From Lama guanicoe (Eukaryota), in NCBI GenBank assembly GCA_013239625.1, contig MU053652.1, forward strand, positions 5,199,902-5,263,901: 64,000 nucleotides of DNA. Direction: 5' to 3'. Within the stretch, counting starts at the first letter, position 1. Each line of letters starts with the position of its first letter. Positions 42,225 to 55,159 of this stretch are shown one piece after another. Under the pieces are notes generated by a model that saw only the letters and a list, made by a program, of their open reading frames with translations, was not told the DNA's origin and did no database searches. The translations under genes and the position numbers were made by a program.

Positions 42225-43100
42225 CTTATTCACTTAAATGCTTACTCACTGTACACCAGCTCTGTGTAAGGCGCTGACAAGGCACAAAAACACAGATGAG
42301 AGACAACATCCCTCCTCTCGAGGAGCTGACAATCTAGTAAAGAAAAACATGTAAACATGGAATGGGATGACAGCACAAAAAAGGGACAAGGAAAGGCGCT
42401 GTTAAGTGTGACTTTTCAGGAGGCTGAATCTTAAGAGATGACAGGTGACCACCAGGGCTCAAGGTGGAGATGAAGTGGGCAGCATGAGACAAGGCATGAG
42501 CGGGCAGAACTCCAGGGACCTGTTAGGAGACCCGAATGCTTCCTCAAGGTTGGGACTTCACATCCCAGAGGGGTTCAGTAAGAGAAGACTAAAAGTCAAA
42601 TCACAAATAGGATTGTATTCCAGGCTCAGGCAGCTAGATTTGTCCCAGCAGTAATGAGAAACTACTGAAGTGTCTGGGAGCAAAATTGAGCCAAGGAAAA
42701 AAAATGAAATTATGTTTCAAAGAAATCTGAGAGTACATAGAAAAAGGATTAGAGGGAAGGAAAATGAAGGCAAGAAGACTGTTATCTCAATATTTCAAGC
42801 ACATTATCAGAGTTGAACAAAGAACAATAGCAGTTGTAACGAAGTTTCAAGAAAGGAGAAGAGAGATTTTAAGGAGGCAGAATCTTTAGGTCTTGATAAA
42901 ACCCCGGACGTTGGCGGGGGTGTTCTGAATCGGGTTACCAGCTGGCGTCACTGCTAACTTGAGCCAGAACAGCTTCAAGGGCATAGTAGGGGGGAAACCA
43001 AATCACAGCAGGGCGAGGAGAGACCAGATTATTAGAGAAATAATGATGACTAATAATAACAATAGACTGTGGCTGACGAAGGGTAAAATCTGTAGCTCTC
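42225..43100 (-). mobile_element. Degraded L2 (boundaries approximate)
   Basis: attcacttaaatgcttactcactg...ctcgaggagctgacaatctagt, followed by purine-rich L2-like body. Confidence 0.5.
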
Positions 43101-44264
43101 AAATACTTCACATCACAGGGAACTTTGAAGAGTTACTAAGAGAAACTGAGTTGCTCTGGAAGAGACAAAAGGCACTGGACTGTATAAATATATGAAACTA
43201 ACGAGAGCAGGGATCAGACTGTATGGTATTCTTTCAGCTGGGAAAGTTCCGGTAAGATTTTATTGTCCTGTTACAGAGGACACAGTTAAGATATCTGAGA
43301 ACAAGCTCCAACTGGCCTTCATTCTCATCCACGAAACAGGAAATTAAAACCCACCCCTTCTGTCCTAGAGGCCACACGGCTTCTCCCTTCTGGGGAAATG
43401 AACTTGATCGTCTCTAGCCAACCAGAGTCAACCCTCTTCTCCTCTTAGCAGCAGACACGCTGCTACACAACACGAAACTGAAAGGAAAAGAACTATTCAA
43501 AATGTCGGGCAAGGAAAGCACTTAGCACCCAAAATCTGAGAAGTGCTGAGAGAGATTTCATCTTCAGCACTTGGACTAACAGTCCTGCAAGTGTTTGTAG
43601 AAGAAGAAAGTAACTAGCAGCACTAGTGATCACCATAACTAACACTTATTAAGTAGCTTACAAGCAAATACTAAGCATTCCACATTATCTTGTTTAATCC
43701 TCACTGAACAACCCTGAGGAGTACACTCTGATTATTCCCAATACTTGTGCTTACTGATAGAAGACCAATGAAAAAGAACTGATTTTGAACTATTAAGTCA
43801 TTATCCCAAGAATCTAACTGCTGTTGATTGAATTGGGGGTGACTTTCTTCTATTTCCTGTAACACTGCTTCACTACGTTAATTCAAAAATGCTTTTTTAT
43901 TAAAGATGAAAAAAACGACATGTTTTTCCTTAAATCAAAGGGCTGCTGCTTTTCCTCACTTCCACGATGGGGAATAGCAAAAGGGAAACTGAGGTACCAA
44001 CCTGCCCATCATCACCAAGCTGAGGCCAAGGACAATCAGAATCCAGAAGCTTCATTTCTGATAGCCAAGGCACTACTGAGGAAGAGACAAGAACTGATGT
44101 TTCAAAGTACAGGCGCCAAGAGGACACAGCAGCTGCCTGGAGAGGCAAGAACTTAAGGAGCCCAAGGCAGACCAAGGGGGCAAGGGGACCAGGTATTAGA
44201 GGCGGGGGGGGGGGGAAAAAGGGGGTTGGGGGACCTGAAGGGACAGTGGGACAAAAGCTCAGAA

Positions 44265-44442
44265 GAAGTTTCTCAAATCGCTGTAACTCATGGTGCTTGA
44301 TAACTACTGAGCCCCACGATGCCCTGAGAAGCCAATTTGGAACTCCTTCCCTTAAAAATACATGTTTACACAAAAATTTGCAAACCATTTCATGGGGTTC
44401 ATAGATGCCTTCAGGGGTGCATGGATCCCAGATTAAGAGTCT
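44265..44442. mobile_element. Short hAT-Charlie-type fossil
   Basis: acacaaaaatttgcaaaccatttcatggggttcatagatgcc...catggatcccagattaagag resembles recalled Charlie non-autonomous ends. Confidence 0.45.
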
Positions 44443-44961
44443 ATGATGGAGCACAGGCTTAATGTTTACAGTATGCCACCATTTATGAAAATGGGTGTCT
44501 GCTGGTATAGGAGAAAAATGTCTCCCGACACTCAGGACACTAGAAACACCAGCATTCTCCAGGGAGAGGAACCAGACTGTTCACTGTGCAGCCTTCTGAA
44601 TTTGGAGGGTGAAAGAAGGATTCAAACCTAAATTAATAAAAGAGCTCTGTCCTAACCGATACCAACCTCCAACCACTGAGCCTATTCTAGGAAACGTTCC
44701 AACCTGCTCCAAGACCAGAAGTGCAAACACTGCCAACCCTGAAGCGGCTCCAAACCTGTGGGAAAGTACGCGAGGAAAAGCCCCAAGACCGGGGTTCCCG
44801 CTAAAGGCAGTGAACGTGTAAAGCCGAGGTGAGCCACTGGGGCTCTAGCATCAGTCCTGTGTCAGAAAAATACTCAAAATATATAGAAAAGAAAGAGCAC
44901 ATCAAATGTGCAGTCAAGGAGGAGACCGGACTATAACCTGGGAGGTCTCGGAAGCACCTAC

Positions 44962-45111
44962 CTCATCCGGCGTGTCTTTTGCATCAGGTTGTGTGGCAGC
45001 CGCCCTGCGGGCAAGGTTTCCAGCTCGAATGTTGCTAAGGTTGATCTGTCTCTCGGGAGGAGGCCCACCACGAGGCTGCCCGCGGACGATGATGGCACAT
45101 CCCGAGAGGAC
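44962..45111 (-). CDS. SND1: SND1 coding exon 2 (150 nt): [52 protein letters not shown]1 domain
   Basis: Manual minus-strand translation matches recalled mammalian SND1 residues 27-76. Acceptor ...caacctAG (plus 'ct' 45112-45113) and donor GTaggt (plus 'ac' 44960-44961); phase 0/0. Confidence 0.97.
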
Positions 45112-46149
45112 CTAGGTTGAGGGAAAACAGAACATCAGCACAGACGGTCCACAACTGCATCCTCAACGCCTAGAACAGTACTTGACATCTCGGGAGGCAC
45201 TCAAGCATTTGCTGAATGACTACATGAAAAAGATCGTTTTGTAATTTTACAGGAGAAACACCTACATAAGACCTTGGGCTAGATTCGGAAATGACTGACT
45301 CAGAAATACAAGTAAGAATTAAACAAAATGATAAAAAAAGAAAAAGAAAAGTCATAAAATAGACCAGGGTGAAGAGCATGTGAGACAGAGATAAATTCTG
45401 TAATTTTGTTCCAGCAAGCTGACCACCTGTGTTCTTTTCAGTTATTAAATTGAAATCTGGAAGGAGCCAGGTAGGCCCAGGGCTAATGTGGAAACAGTGC
45501 ATCCGGAGTCCAGAGCTCACACTCCATCTGGAGACAGTGCTCAGAGTCCAGGCTAAGAGAGAAACACAGAAGTTATCTAGAAAACCCATGCCCTCGGCGA
45601 TTAAAACAGGAAAACTGAAGAAGCACCTTAAGGCCCCTAAGCCCAAGGTTCCTGCTCTCTCTCTCTGAAGGATGCCAGGCCTAGAACCCACTTGCCAACT
45701 GTGCAGAGAGCTCTGAAACTCACTAGTATTTAACTTTAAAATATCTGAAGGGAAGAAGAAAGGATTTCAAGTGGGAGAAGAGAAGGCATACAGAAAAAAA
45801 TGACACAAACATCGCCCAAGCTGTTCAAATTCTTAGCTCAGTGAGGCACGATTTAATCAACAGGTGGGCTCGGGCACTGGCTTCCCAAGAGCTGAAAGAC
45901 TCAATCTCGTGCCTCAAAACAAGAAATAGCTGCTGAGTGAAAAGCTAGCCAAGAGAAGGTTGGAGAGTTTCGCCAATGTAGAACTCTGCGGAAGCCAAGA
46001 CCCCGGCGTCCCCTGTAAAGGAATGGTCCTTGGAAAGGAAGCTGACTCAACAAAAGGAATAGAAAGGGAAGCTACTCCTACATGCATGAGCTTAGCTGAC
46101 GTATCTCCCTCATCTCTCTGCCTTAACTAACGCTTTAAACTGTGGACTA

Positions 46150-46530
46150 TTAATATAAACACAGAAGTGCATTTCAAGACTAAGAAGCAAACAACTGAGT
46201 AACCACCACCCAAGCTAAAAACTACAACACTGGCAGAACCTCTGACTCCCTGTGCCCCTCGCTACCTGCGGCCCCTTCCCCTGACCATGCTCACTATCCT
46301 GGCCGTTGTGATAATCCCTCCCTTGCTTTTCTGGACAGTTTCACCATTTACATACACATCTCTATGTAATATGGTGGCTTCATTTCTCCTCTTTCTGAAC
46401 TCTATAAATTGAATCTACTTCAGGTACCCATCAGTAACTTCCTTCTTATGATCTCTTTTGGTGAAATTCATTCTTGTCAAAACACTACTTTATTGGCTTT
46501 CATGACTGTATAGTATTCCACTGTGTGAAT
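46150..46530 (-). mobile_element. Old L1ME-like 3' fragment
   Basis: gtaaccaccacccaag, actatcctg, tgactgtatagtattccactgtgtgaatac. Confidence 0.5.
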
Positions 46531-48082
46531 ACAGTCTGTTTTTTTTTAACAGAAAGCCTGTCCAACAAATATACACATTTCAATTTGGGGAGAAAAATAG
46601 CGCTCTGGTTAACATGTCATTATTCCCAATACCTTAAGCACGCAAACCTTGGTATAAATGGCTCCTCCCCAGCTATCCCATGGCACACATAATAAAAGAC
46701 TGTCTTCCTTATGTAGTGGTAAGTCATGCTTTTCATTTTTATCCTTTGTGATCAAGTGTTACCAGTAATTTAACTCTACAGCTTCCAGCCAAATGGCCTT
46801 GCTAACAGCCTTTCTCAAGAACCCACACCCTGGGCATCATCCAGGGATCTGACATTCTAAAAAGACAAGCCCCCCAAACAAAGCAAAGCCAGGAAAGAAC
46901 AGGTATACAAGGGCAGAGGATGCTTGATGTTCCTGAAATGAGAAGGGCCAAAAGAAGAAAAGGAAAAGAACTTGGATGTGATTCATTTATAGTCAGATCT
47001 TCACAAGTAGAAGAACAGCTCATTGCAGAATACCTGCCTTGAAGTCATTCCTGTACAAATTCCAACGGGACTGAGAGCGTACCGCATTCAAACCAGAGCA
47101 TCTGCCTCGAATGCCTGTTCCTCACCTTTAGTCAAGTTTTCACAAAACTAAAGCATTCCCAGGAGACTTAGTACCTCCTGGGAAGCCAAGCTGGAAACTC
47201 ACCTTGGCTAACCAGTGAGCACTGACCCAGGCTAGAAAACAATCCTTATTTCCCAAGTCTGACAAAGCCCAATGAAAAGCTCAAGAACAGAATGACTAGT
47301 AAGTACTCCCTTTTCCCCCTAAATATCAGAAAGGTGTTACCTCTAATGCCTACTTACCTAGTAAACTAGATCCCTGGGGGACAACAGGTCTACAACTATG
47401 ATCCTGGCCCCATTAAGGGCTTTGGCAAACAACCTGTACATAGGAATTTTTAAAAACCTCCTTTGTACACCCCCACCCCCCGAACGCTATTCTGAAGACT
47501 GTGGCCAGAGCTTTGCTGCATTACTGAACCAATGTGCTATCTGGACAATAGTCAATAGTTGAATTAATATTAGAGAGGTGACTTTTACTTTATAGGCCGC
47601 TCAACATCTTTTATACAACTGAGGACACAAATGCAAGCAGCAGTCACCAATTCAACCTCCCAGGCAACAAGGACAGATATTCACTGTGGCAGGCATTGCC
47701 ATTCCTGTTCCCAGAGGAGAGGACTGACGTGTCTACGTCTTTCCTCTGAAACCCTCTCCCCTTCACTCAGTCATAGCCTTGTTGATGAGGTAGGAATAGG
47801 CTGTCTGCAGACCATTATAGAAGGAAGAGACCTGTCTACATAGGAAGAATTCATTTCCTTCCTATTATTTATAGGAACTGAAATTCTTCAACACGCACTA
47901 CTCCTTCTTGGTCTCTCCATTTTATCTTCCAAGTACTGTTGAACTCCCTCCACCTGCCTTACTTGTCAAAAGTCTTTACTCAAGTTCCTCCTCAATAAAA
48001 ATATCCAATGGCCTTCTCTTGTCTAAGGTTCCCCACCAAATTAAGCCAAGGTGGGAGAAATATTTAAAATGTCTTCATTGAT

Positions 48083-48211
48083 GGGAAGGGTATAGCTCAG
48101 TGGTGGAGTACGTACTTAGCACGCATGAGGTCCTGGGTTCAATTCCCAGTACTTTCTTTGAAATAAATAAGTAAACAAATAAATCTAACTACCTCCCCCC
48201 AAAACAAAAAA
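48083..48211 (+). mobile_element. tRNA-Ala(AGC)-derived SINE, camelid (vic-1-like) family
   Basis: Head gggaagggtatagctcagtggtggagtacgtacttagcacgcatgaggtcctgggttcaattcccagtac with box A at 48093-48103 and box B at 48136-48146, followed by (aaat)n, ctaactacctcccccc and an A-tail. Confidence 0.85.
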
Positions 48212-49419
48212 CTCTTTAAGTAAAATATGAAGACGACCAAGGGTCTATCAAACTTAATTTGTATCTCCTATGGCACCAAAACAAGTAATTTTTACTTCTA
48301 AATTACAAGACCGACAGCTAAGTTGATTACTTATAATTTTATCCGTTGACCAATTCATTTATTCATTTATTCATTTAACACAAATTTACTGAGTGCCTTC
48401 TATATGCCAGGCATTGTTCCCCGCAAGTAACACACCTCAGAAACAGAACAGTGAAAAACATCTGCTCTTGGAGGGCTGACATTCTAGTGGGGGGAGCCAA
48501 ACAAACGTAACAAGCAAAATACTGTTTGTTATTGAGAATTTTAATTCCAGAAGAATAATGTTAAGATTGAGAGGAAACTGTCAGGGATAATTGTTCTGCC
48601 AAAGCTGTACTGATTCATGTTGCAAACTTTCATGGATGCAGTAATTATCCTTAATTGCTAATTTATAGGGCATAGAAAGCAAGTCATATGGTAACTGCTT
48701 TCTCCAATTATATTAATGCAATGACATATTCTAGAAAAACGATCTTAGCCCTACCTGATACAGCAGGAGGTTTGTAAAAACAGCTGTCACAATGAGTCAG
48801 TTTGATTGAGGTTATGGATTAGACACTTCTCAGCTCTGCCAATAAAGGCTGCAGAGAGGCATGGTGTGATTCAGATGACCTGGCTTCAGGGCACAAGCTG
48901 GATGGTGACAAAGGCTGAAACAAGCCAGCTGAAAAGGAAAATGGGGGCTCAAACTGTTCAAACCCTCTAATAGGTTTACTGCGAGATTTACCTACAGTGA
49001 AACACTTTACGGACAGCTACCAAAATGCTGCCCAGCAACAGGACTACCACCCTAAATCTTCACTAGATACTGGTTTAATTCTTAAAACTCCCAGAGCACA
49101 GACACAAAAAAGAGAAAACTTCTTACACAAAAATCTACTCACACTATACTTACAGCAAAAAAAAGTGATGGTCTAGAAATATATCAGTATGTCAATAAAA
49201 TTAGTATTTTTTCCCACAGCATGAAGAGTAAAAATCATCTTGACCTTAGAATAATATCTTATTAGCTGAGAGCATCCTATTAGCTCCACAAGGAAGACTG
49301 GCCTAATAGATCTATCTGCCTGTTAAGACAGAGCAAGACTATCTTAGCCATTATCTGCCCATACGAAGATCCAATATAAAGAGTAAAGGCAGCCATGTGA
49401 TAAACGCCAAAATGTCACA

Positions 49420-50610
49420 AAAAGAGAGCCTAAAATAAATCCCTAAGTTTATGGTCAACTCACTTTCAAAAGGGGTGTCAAAATACTTGGGAAAGAACCT
49501 TTCAACAAAAATGTGCTGGGAAAACTGGATATCCATGTGCAAAAGAATGAAGTTGGACCTCTTCCTCACACCACATACAAAAGTTAACTCGAAGGATCAG
49601 AGACCTGATTCTAAGAGTTAAACTATAAATCTCTTAGGAGAAAACATAGGTATAAATATTTGTGACCATGGATTAGGCAGTGGTTTCTTAGATATGACAC
49701 CATCTTAGAAAGCACAATCAAAAATATTGTGCTTCAATGGTACAATCAAGAAAGTGAAGGACAATATTTACAAAACATACCTGACAAGGGTCTAGCATCT
49801 GGAATAAAGAACTATTGTAACTCAAAGATTAAAATGGGCAAGGATTTGAAGATATTTATCCAAAGGAGATACACAGATAGCCAATTACCATATGAAAAGG
49901 TCCTCAACATCACCAGTCATAAGGGAAATGCAAGTCAAAACCACAACTGACTCATCACTTCACAGCCACTAAGGTGGCTATAATCAATCAGACAGTAACA
50001 AGTGTTGACAAGGATGTGGAAGAACTGGAACCCTCATACACTGCTGGTGATGCAGTCACTGGAAACAGTCTGACAGTCTCAAAAGTTAAAAAGAGTTATC
50101 GTATGACCCAGCAAGTCCACTCAGGTATATACCCAAGAAAACTAAAACATGTCCATCTACAATCTTGTACATAAAGGTTCATGGCAACATTATTCCTAAG
50201 AGCCAAAAAGAGTGGAAAGTATCCAAATGTCCCACAAGTGATGAATGGATAAACAAAATGTGGTATATCCATAAAATGGAATTATTACTCAGAAATAAAA
50301 AGAAATGAAGTGCTGACGGAGACTACAATATGGGTGAACCTTGAAAACATTCTGCTAAATGAAAGAAGTTAGATGGAAAAAAGCCACATATTGAATGATT
50401 CCATTTATATGAAACATCCCAAAAAGGTAAATCCATACAGACAGTAGATCTGTGGTTCCCAAGGGCTAGAGGGAGAGAACAGGGAGTGACTGCTAACTGG
50501 TCCAAGGTTTCTTTTCCTTTTGAGTACCAATGAAAAATGTCCTAGAATTAGGTAGTGGTAATAGTTGTATAATTTTATGGTATGTGAATTTATTTCAATT
50601 AAAACAATTT
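49420..50610 (+). mobile_element. Old L1 (L1MB-like) ORF2 3' end plus 3' UTR
   Basis: Typical L1 motifs: tgctgggaaaactggatatcc, aaaagaatgaagttggacc, ggaaatgcaagtcaaaaccacaa, gatgaatggataaacaaaatgtggtatatcc. No intact frame. Confidence 0.88.
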
Positions 50611-52128
50611 TAAGTCCCAATATGGAAGTACATGACATAAAACGTCTGTTTCACCACAGGGGGATTTCCATAGCTTGCAAGAAGATTAGACCCTTAGCTG
50701 AACAAGACTAACAAAAAATGTTTTTAAAAGGCAGCTGACTCAGAACCAAAAGTCAAGCATGGTGATAATGATTCACAGCCGAATGAAGGGCTACTGTCAA
50801 CTTTCAAGGCCTTGAGAAATAACAAGGTAGAAGTCACAGGAAAGGAGCAGAACTTTAGTGAAATCTACAAAGCCCTGACGAGCATAAAAATAGCCAAAAA
50901 CAATAAAAGCTTTTTCTGAGAAACAGTACAGCAAGTAGAATGAACTCCTTTCCCTCTGTGGCACAGAAAGAAGAACCAAGAAAGTCATTGGAGGGTAACA
51001 GTCCGTAATACCATCTGGAAGCTTGCAAAGGCCAGAACCCAAAGGCTGCACCTTTTGGGGCTGTATGTCAAAGGGACAAAGAAGCAGGCCACCGACTCTT
51101 TGGACAAGGTGTTTTCTCCACCTAAAAATACCATCCAGGGTGGGAAAGAACTCTTGAGCACTTTAATGAAGCAGAAAACTTCTTCTAAGAAGTGGAATTA
51201 AAGCAAGAGCATAACTTAAAAAAAAAAAAAAGGAAGCAAGAAAGAAAGGAAAACTAAATTGGAGAAAATCTCAAAGTGTATCAAGAAAAAGCTTCCTGGC
51301 AGGCAGCACTGTTGCCTCCACAGGAAGAATCATCTCTTGAAAATTAAAAAGTCATTTAGACAAAGAGCAAGCAATCCCCAAAGAACTTAAGCTGTGAGGT
51401 CTTTCCCAGAATACTCACCAACACAGCTGGCTTTTCCTTTCTTTTTCTGGCAAGAGGCAAACCCAAATGAGAGGGCCCAGCATTCCAGTACAATGACCTG
51501 GAAGCCCATGGCCTCATGATAGGCCATTGCACTTGCGCTGGGTACACGGGCTTGTTCAGGAGAGACAGGCATAAGTAGCTACTCCTGGGCCAGCTGTCCC
51601 AAAAATTGGCAAGAGGCGAGTCCAAATCTCAAGGGGATTCCACAATCACTGCAGAGAGAAGGCAGCTAAAGGGAGCATCTAATTGAGGCCCTTTTATTTC
51701 ACAGATGAAAAATCTGCCAGCAAGACAAATAAAGTGACTTTTGCTAAAAATAAAACTGATGGCAGGGCAAGGACCCGACCTGAAGTCCCCAGTCCTGATG
51801 TTCCATTGTGCCATATACAGAAACAAGCAACTGGGGAGCTGTAGAAACAAGTATTTGGGGAGTTGATATCTGTTAAAACGGTGGGTGAGGTTACCTACTG
51901 ATAAAATCTTTTTTGCTGTTAAAATCTCCGCTTACATGTGCCAGCAGAGCAGGTGTCAGAGACTAAATCACCAAGCAAGAAAGGTTTTCATGAGCTGGCT
52001 GCCCCAAACCAAACCAACACTTTATTAAACACTACCATATGAAGGGAAAGCAGACTTAAGAGCCCAGTTTTACAAACAAATACCCAAAAAGGAGACACAA
52101 AAGAAGAAAATTTCAGAATGATAAAAAG

Positions 52129-52462
52129 CAGGATTGGCAAACTACAGCCCACTGGCCGACTCCGCCCTACCACCTGTTTCTGTACAATCCATGAGCTAAA
52201 AATGGTTTCTACATTTTTAAGTCGTTTAAAAAAAAAAAGATATTATGTAACCCATGCAAAAAAAGAATGAAATTCAACTTTCTGCATCCATAAGTAAAGT
52301 TTCACTGGAACATGGCCAAGCTCATTCATTTCTGTAACTGTCCACGCGGCTGCTCTCATGCTGGAACAGCAGAGTCGAGTAGTTGCTCCAGAGTCCATAA
52401 TGCCTGCAAAGCCTAAAATATTTACTGCCTGGCCCTTTACAGAGTCAGTTTGCCAACCCCTG
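52129..52462 (+). mobile_element. MER58B-like hAT-Charlie MITE
   Basis: Terminal inverted repeats caggattggcaaact ... agtttgccaacccctg, with internal gcctaaaatatttactgcctggccctttacag. Confidence 0.85.
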
Positions 52463-53929
52463 ATATAAAACATTGCAACAAGGGAATGAGACGAAAACTA
52501 GCTCTATGGTAGTCTAAACAGCTGACTGCACAGGAAAAATTAACTCTGGGACAAGCATTTCAAGTTACACAAACTGCTCATTTTTATAATCAGAGAAAGG
52601 GTAGGGGCATATGGCACTAAGAATTCAGTTTCAGAATCAAATATCAATGTCAGTGGTGATCTCGAAAAGTTCATTGGCTCTATGAGCCTCAATTTCTTAA
52701 CTTATAAAATAAGTATATCAGAACATCCATGAAAGATGTTATGAAACCTAACAAGGAAACAAAGTCTACAGCACAGAAGTTGGCCAGAAGACCCAATAAA
52801 TAATAGACAATACTGTTATAAGAAATAGCTCAAAGTGTGAAGTAAAGATTGGAAGTATATGTACAACAGAAGAAAACATTTCCTCTTGGGATTTAAAAGT
52901 AAGTATCAAAATCACAGAAATTTTCCCACCACTGAATTCACCCAGAAAGAATTAGATAAATAATCCATAATCTAGCTTCCTTGCTTTATCAGCTAAGATA
53001 CCCACTCTCTGGGAAAGTGGATTTAGGAGCTGATTTTTATAACTACGAAGACAATGGTAAGGCAAGTATCATAGTGTAAGTCTCTGCTGAACTTCAAACC
53101 TGACGAAGTATCCTGACAGTCACAGCCTCAGATGACCATGAACTCTGAAATCAGTCTTAAGTTTGAATACAAACTCAAGTGAAAAGCATTCCAAATACTG
53201 CGATATTCCCTCATCTATAAGTGAGAACAATACTACTATCATCTTCTCGGGGCGTTAGGATTACTAAGTGAGATGCCTCACAGTCCATTGGTCTCTCTTC
53301 CTTCCCTCCCTACATCCATTCCTCTCCATCCTCACAACAGTGCTCTGAGGAAGCAGAGCAGGCAGTTATCCCCTTTTTACAGATGAAGAAACTGGGGTAC
53401 AGTCAGATGATGGCATCAGGACTAGAACACAGTGTTCTCCCAGTGCACTTTCTAATTAATTCCAAATGCTAAATATCTGATCTGAGAAGTACGAATCAAA
53501 AAATGAGTGACTTACATAAAGGCCATCAAGGCTATAACTTGCACAAATAAAGCCTCACCATGAAGGAACTAACTCAATTTGCTAGAAGCCAGAAGCCAGA
53601 GGATGGTCCTGTGCAGAGCCAAGTCCTCACTACCTGACACTGAGCTCTACTGTGGTCAAGGAACCAGTTACTCAGAAATAAGAATTCAGCAGGAACTCTA
53701 CAACAGGCAAATCAAAGTGTCATTTCAGAAGATTCCATTCCAGGTGTCAAAAGAATATTTCAGAGTGAGCAACTATCATGTGTAAAAATTATCAAAGAAA
53801 GAACCCCCAATTAATTGACTCCAAAACCTAAAAAAGATCACTATAGGACTTTGACCCTTCAACCAGATGTTTAGGGTCAAGTACTCAGACTATTAAAGCT
53901 GAAGGAAAATTACTGCAGTGGTCAGGTTT

Positions 53930-54275
53930 TTTGATTTTGCTGTTTTTAAAATGAACCCCCAGGCATAGTCTTGGAGCACAAAGCAAGCCGCTATGATGTG
54001 CCTTACAGAGAAAACAATGCGTGTTGAGTAATTTTCGTTCAGGCACGAGTTACAGTGCTGTTGCTCAAAAGGTCAATATTAACGAATCGACACTGTATAT
54101 TAAATAAAACATCTTTAAATAGAAGAACACAGAACAAGGTTGTGTATCTACCACTTGACTAAAACGTGGTGACCAGAGGCTCACAGGACCAAACTCTGTA
54201 TTTCTCAAAGAAGCAATGGCTTGAAATTCACCAACTCAGTGCTTGCAACTTTACAGAACCAAGAATAATGACAGT
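53930..54275. mobile_element. TcMar-Tigger (Tigger4/Zombi-like) fossil
   Basis: tgatgtgccttacagagaaaa, ttcgttcaggcacgagttacagtgctgttg, gtgaccagaggctcacagga. Confidence 0.65.
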
Positions 54276-54550
54276 ATCTAATAAATACAGAGAGGATGAT
54301 ATTGCAAATGGGGACTCTGCGTGAAAGGGTCACAGGAGTTACTTGTATTACTCTCGCAACTTTTCTGTAAGTCTGAAATTATTTTAAAACAAAATTTTAA
54401 AAACTTTTTAAAGGTGCTAAACACACTACGGGGCTGCTTCAGAGCCTCGCTGACAAAACAAATCCCTAGAACTAGATCTCCTTGGTGTTGCTAAGAATTT
54501 CTCCCGCTCCCCTCCCTCCACACACATTACTAAGAGAATGAACATCAAAC

Positions 54551-55159
54551 TGAAACCTAGCAGGACCCTGTGGGGCCATCTCAAGTACAAAAGCCCCTCC
54601 GTGTCCGTTTCTTGTTTACAGAGAAAGGCTTTAGTCTCCTAGGCCTTTGGGAGTTCCAAAGAGCAGGCACAAGAAGTTACTAATTAGGGAAGGGAGGGAA
54701 TGCAGAAACAAAAAGCAGTTAAACAAGAAGAGTAACAATAGTTCCGTGATAAAACAGTCCTAGTTCCTCCCCAAGGGCTACACATAACCATCTGACAACA
54801 TCTTTGAGGTGCTCTGCAGGAACTAAGACCCCGACCCAGGCGGAGAATGGTGACTACATCTGGGAACCAGCAGAGACAGACCTCAGGCTGGCTGGAACCA
54901 GAAGGTTAATGATTAACATTAACAGCACCCGGAGACCTCACCATCAACCAATCAGAACACAGTCATACACCCTGCAGCCCTCACCCCTAAGGCTGCCTTT
55001 AAAAACCATTCCCTGAAAGCCATCGAGGAGTTTAGGTCTTCTGAACTCGAGCCACTTTGCTTGGAGCCCTGCAAATAAACGCTGTACTTCACCATGATCG
55101 AGTGTCAGTAAATTGGCTTTGCTGTGCGGCAAAGTGGACCCAAGTTCGGTTCAGTAACA
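54551..55159 (+). mobile_element. ERV1-class solo LTR (609 bp)
   Basis: Begins TG(aaac) and ends (gtaa)CA with a perfect 4-bp TSD AAAC (54547-54550 and 55160-55163). CCAAT near 54948, TATA-like tttaaaaa near 54998, AATAAA at 55074-55079. Confidence 0.88.

Noticed and set aside
44906..45120. Plus-strand ORFs overlapping exon 2 (similar ones overlap exons 4 and 10)
   Set aside because: They are antisense shadows of SND1 coding exons.
43930..45691. 174-aa (43930-44454) and 173-aa (45170-45691) minus-strand ORFs near exon 2
   Set aside because: They cross low-complexity or repeat-derived sequence, show no similarity to known proteins and have no supporting splice structure.
48083..48155. Functional tRNA-Ala(AGC) gene
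   Set aside because: The acceptor stem is degenerate, and the head runs into an (aaat)n/ctaactacctccccc/A-rich tail typical of a SINE.
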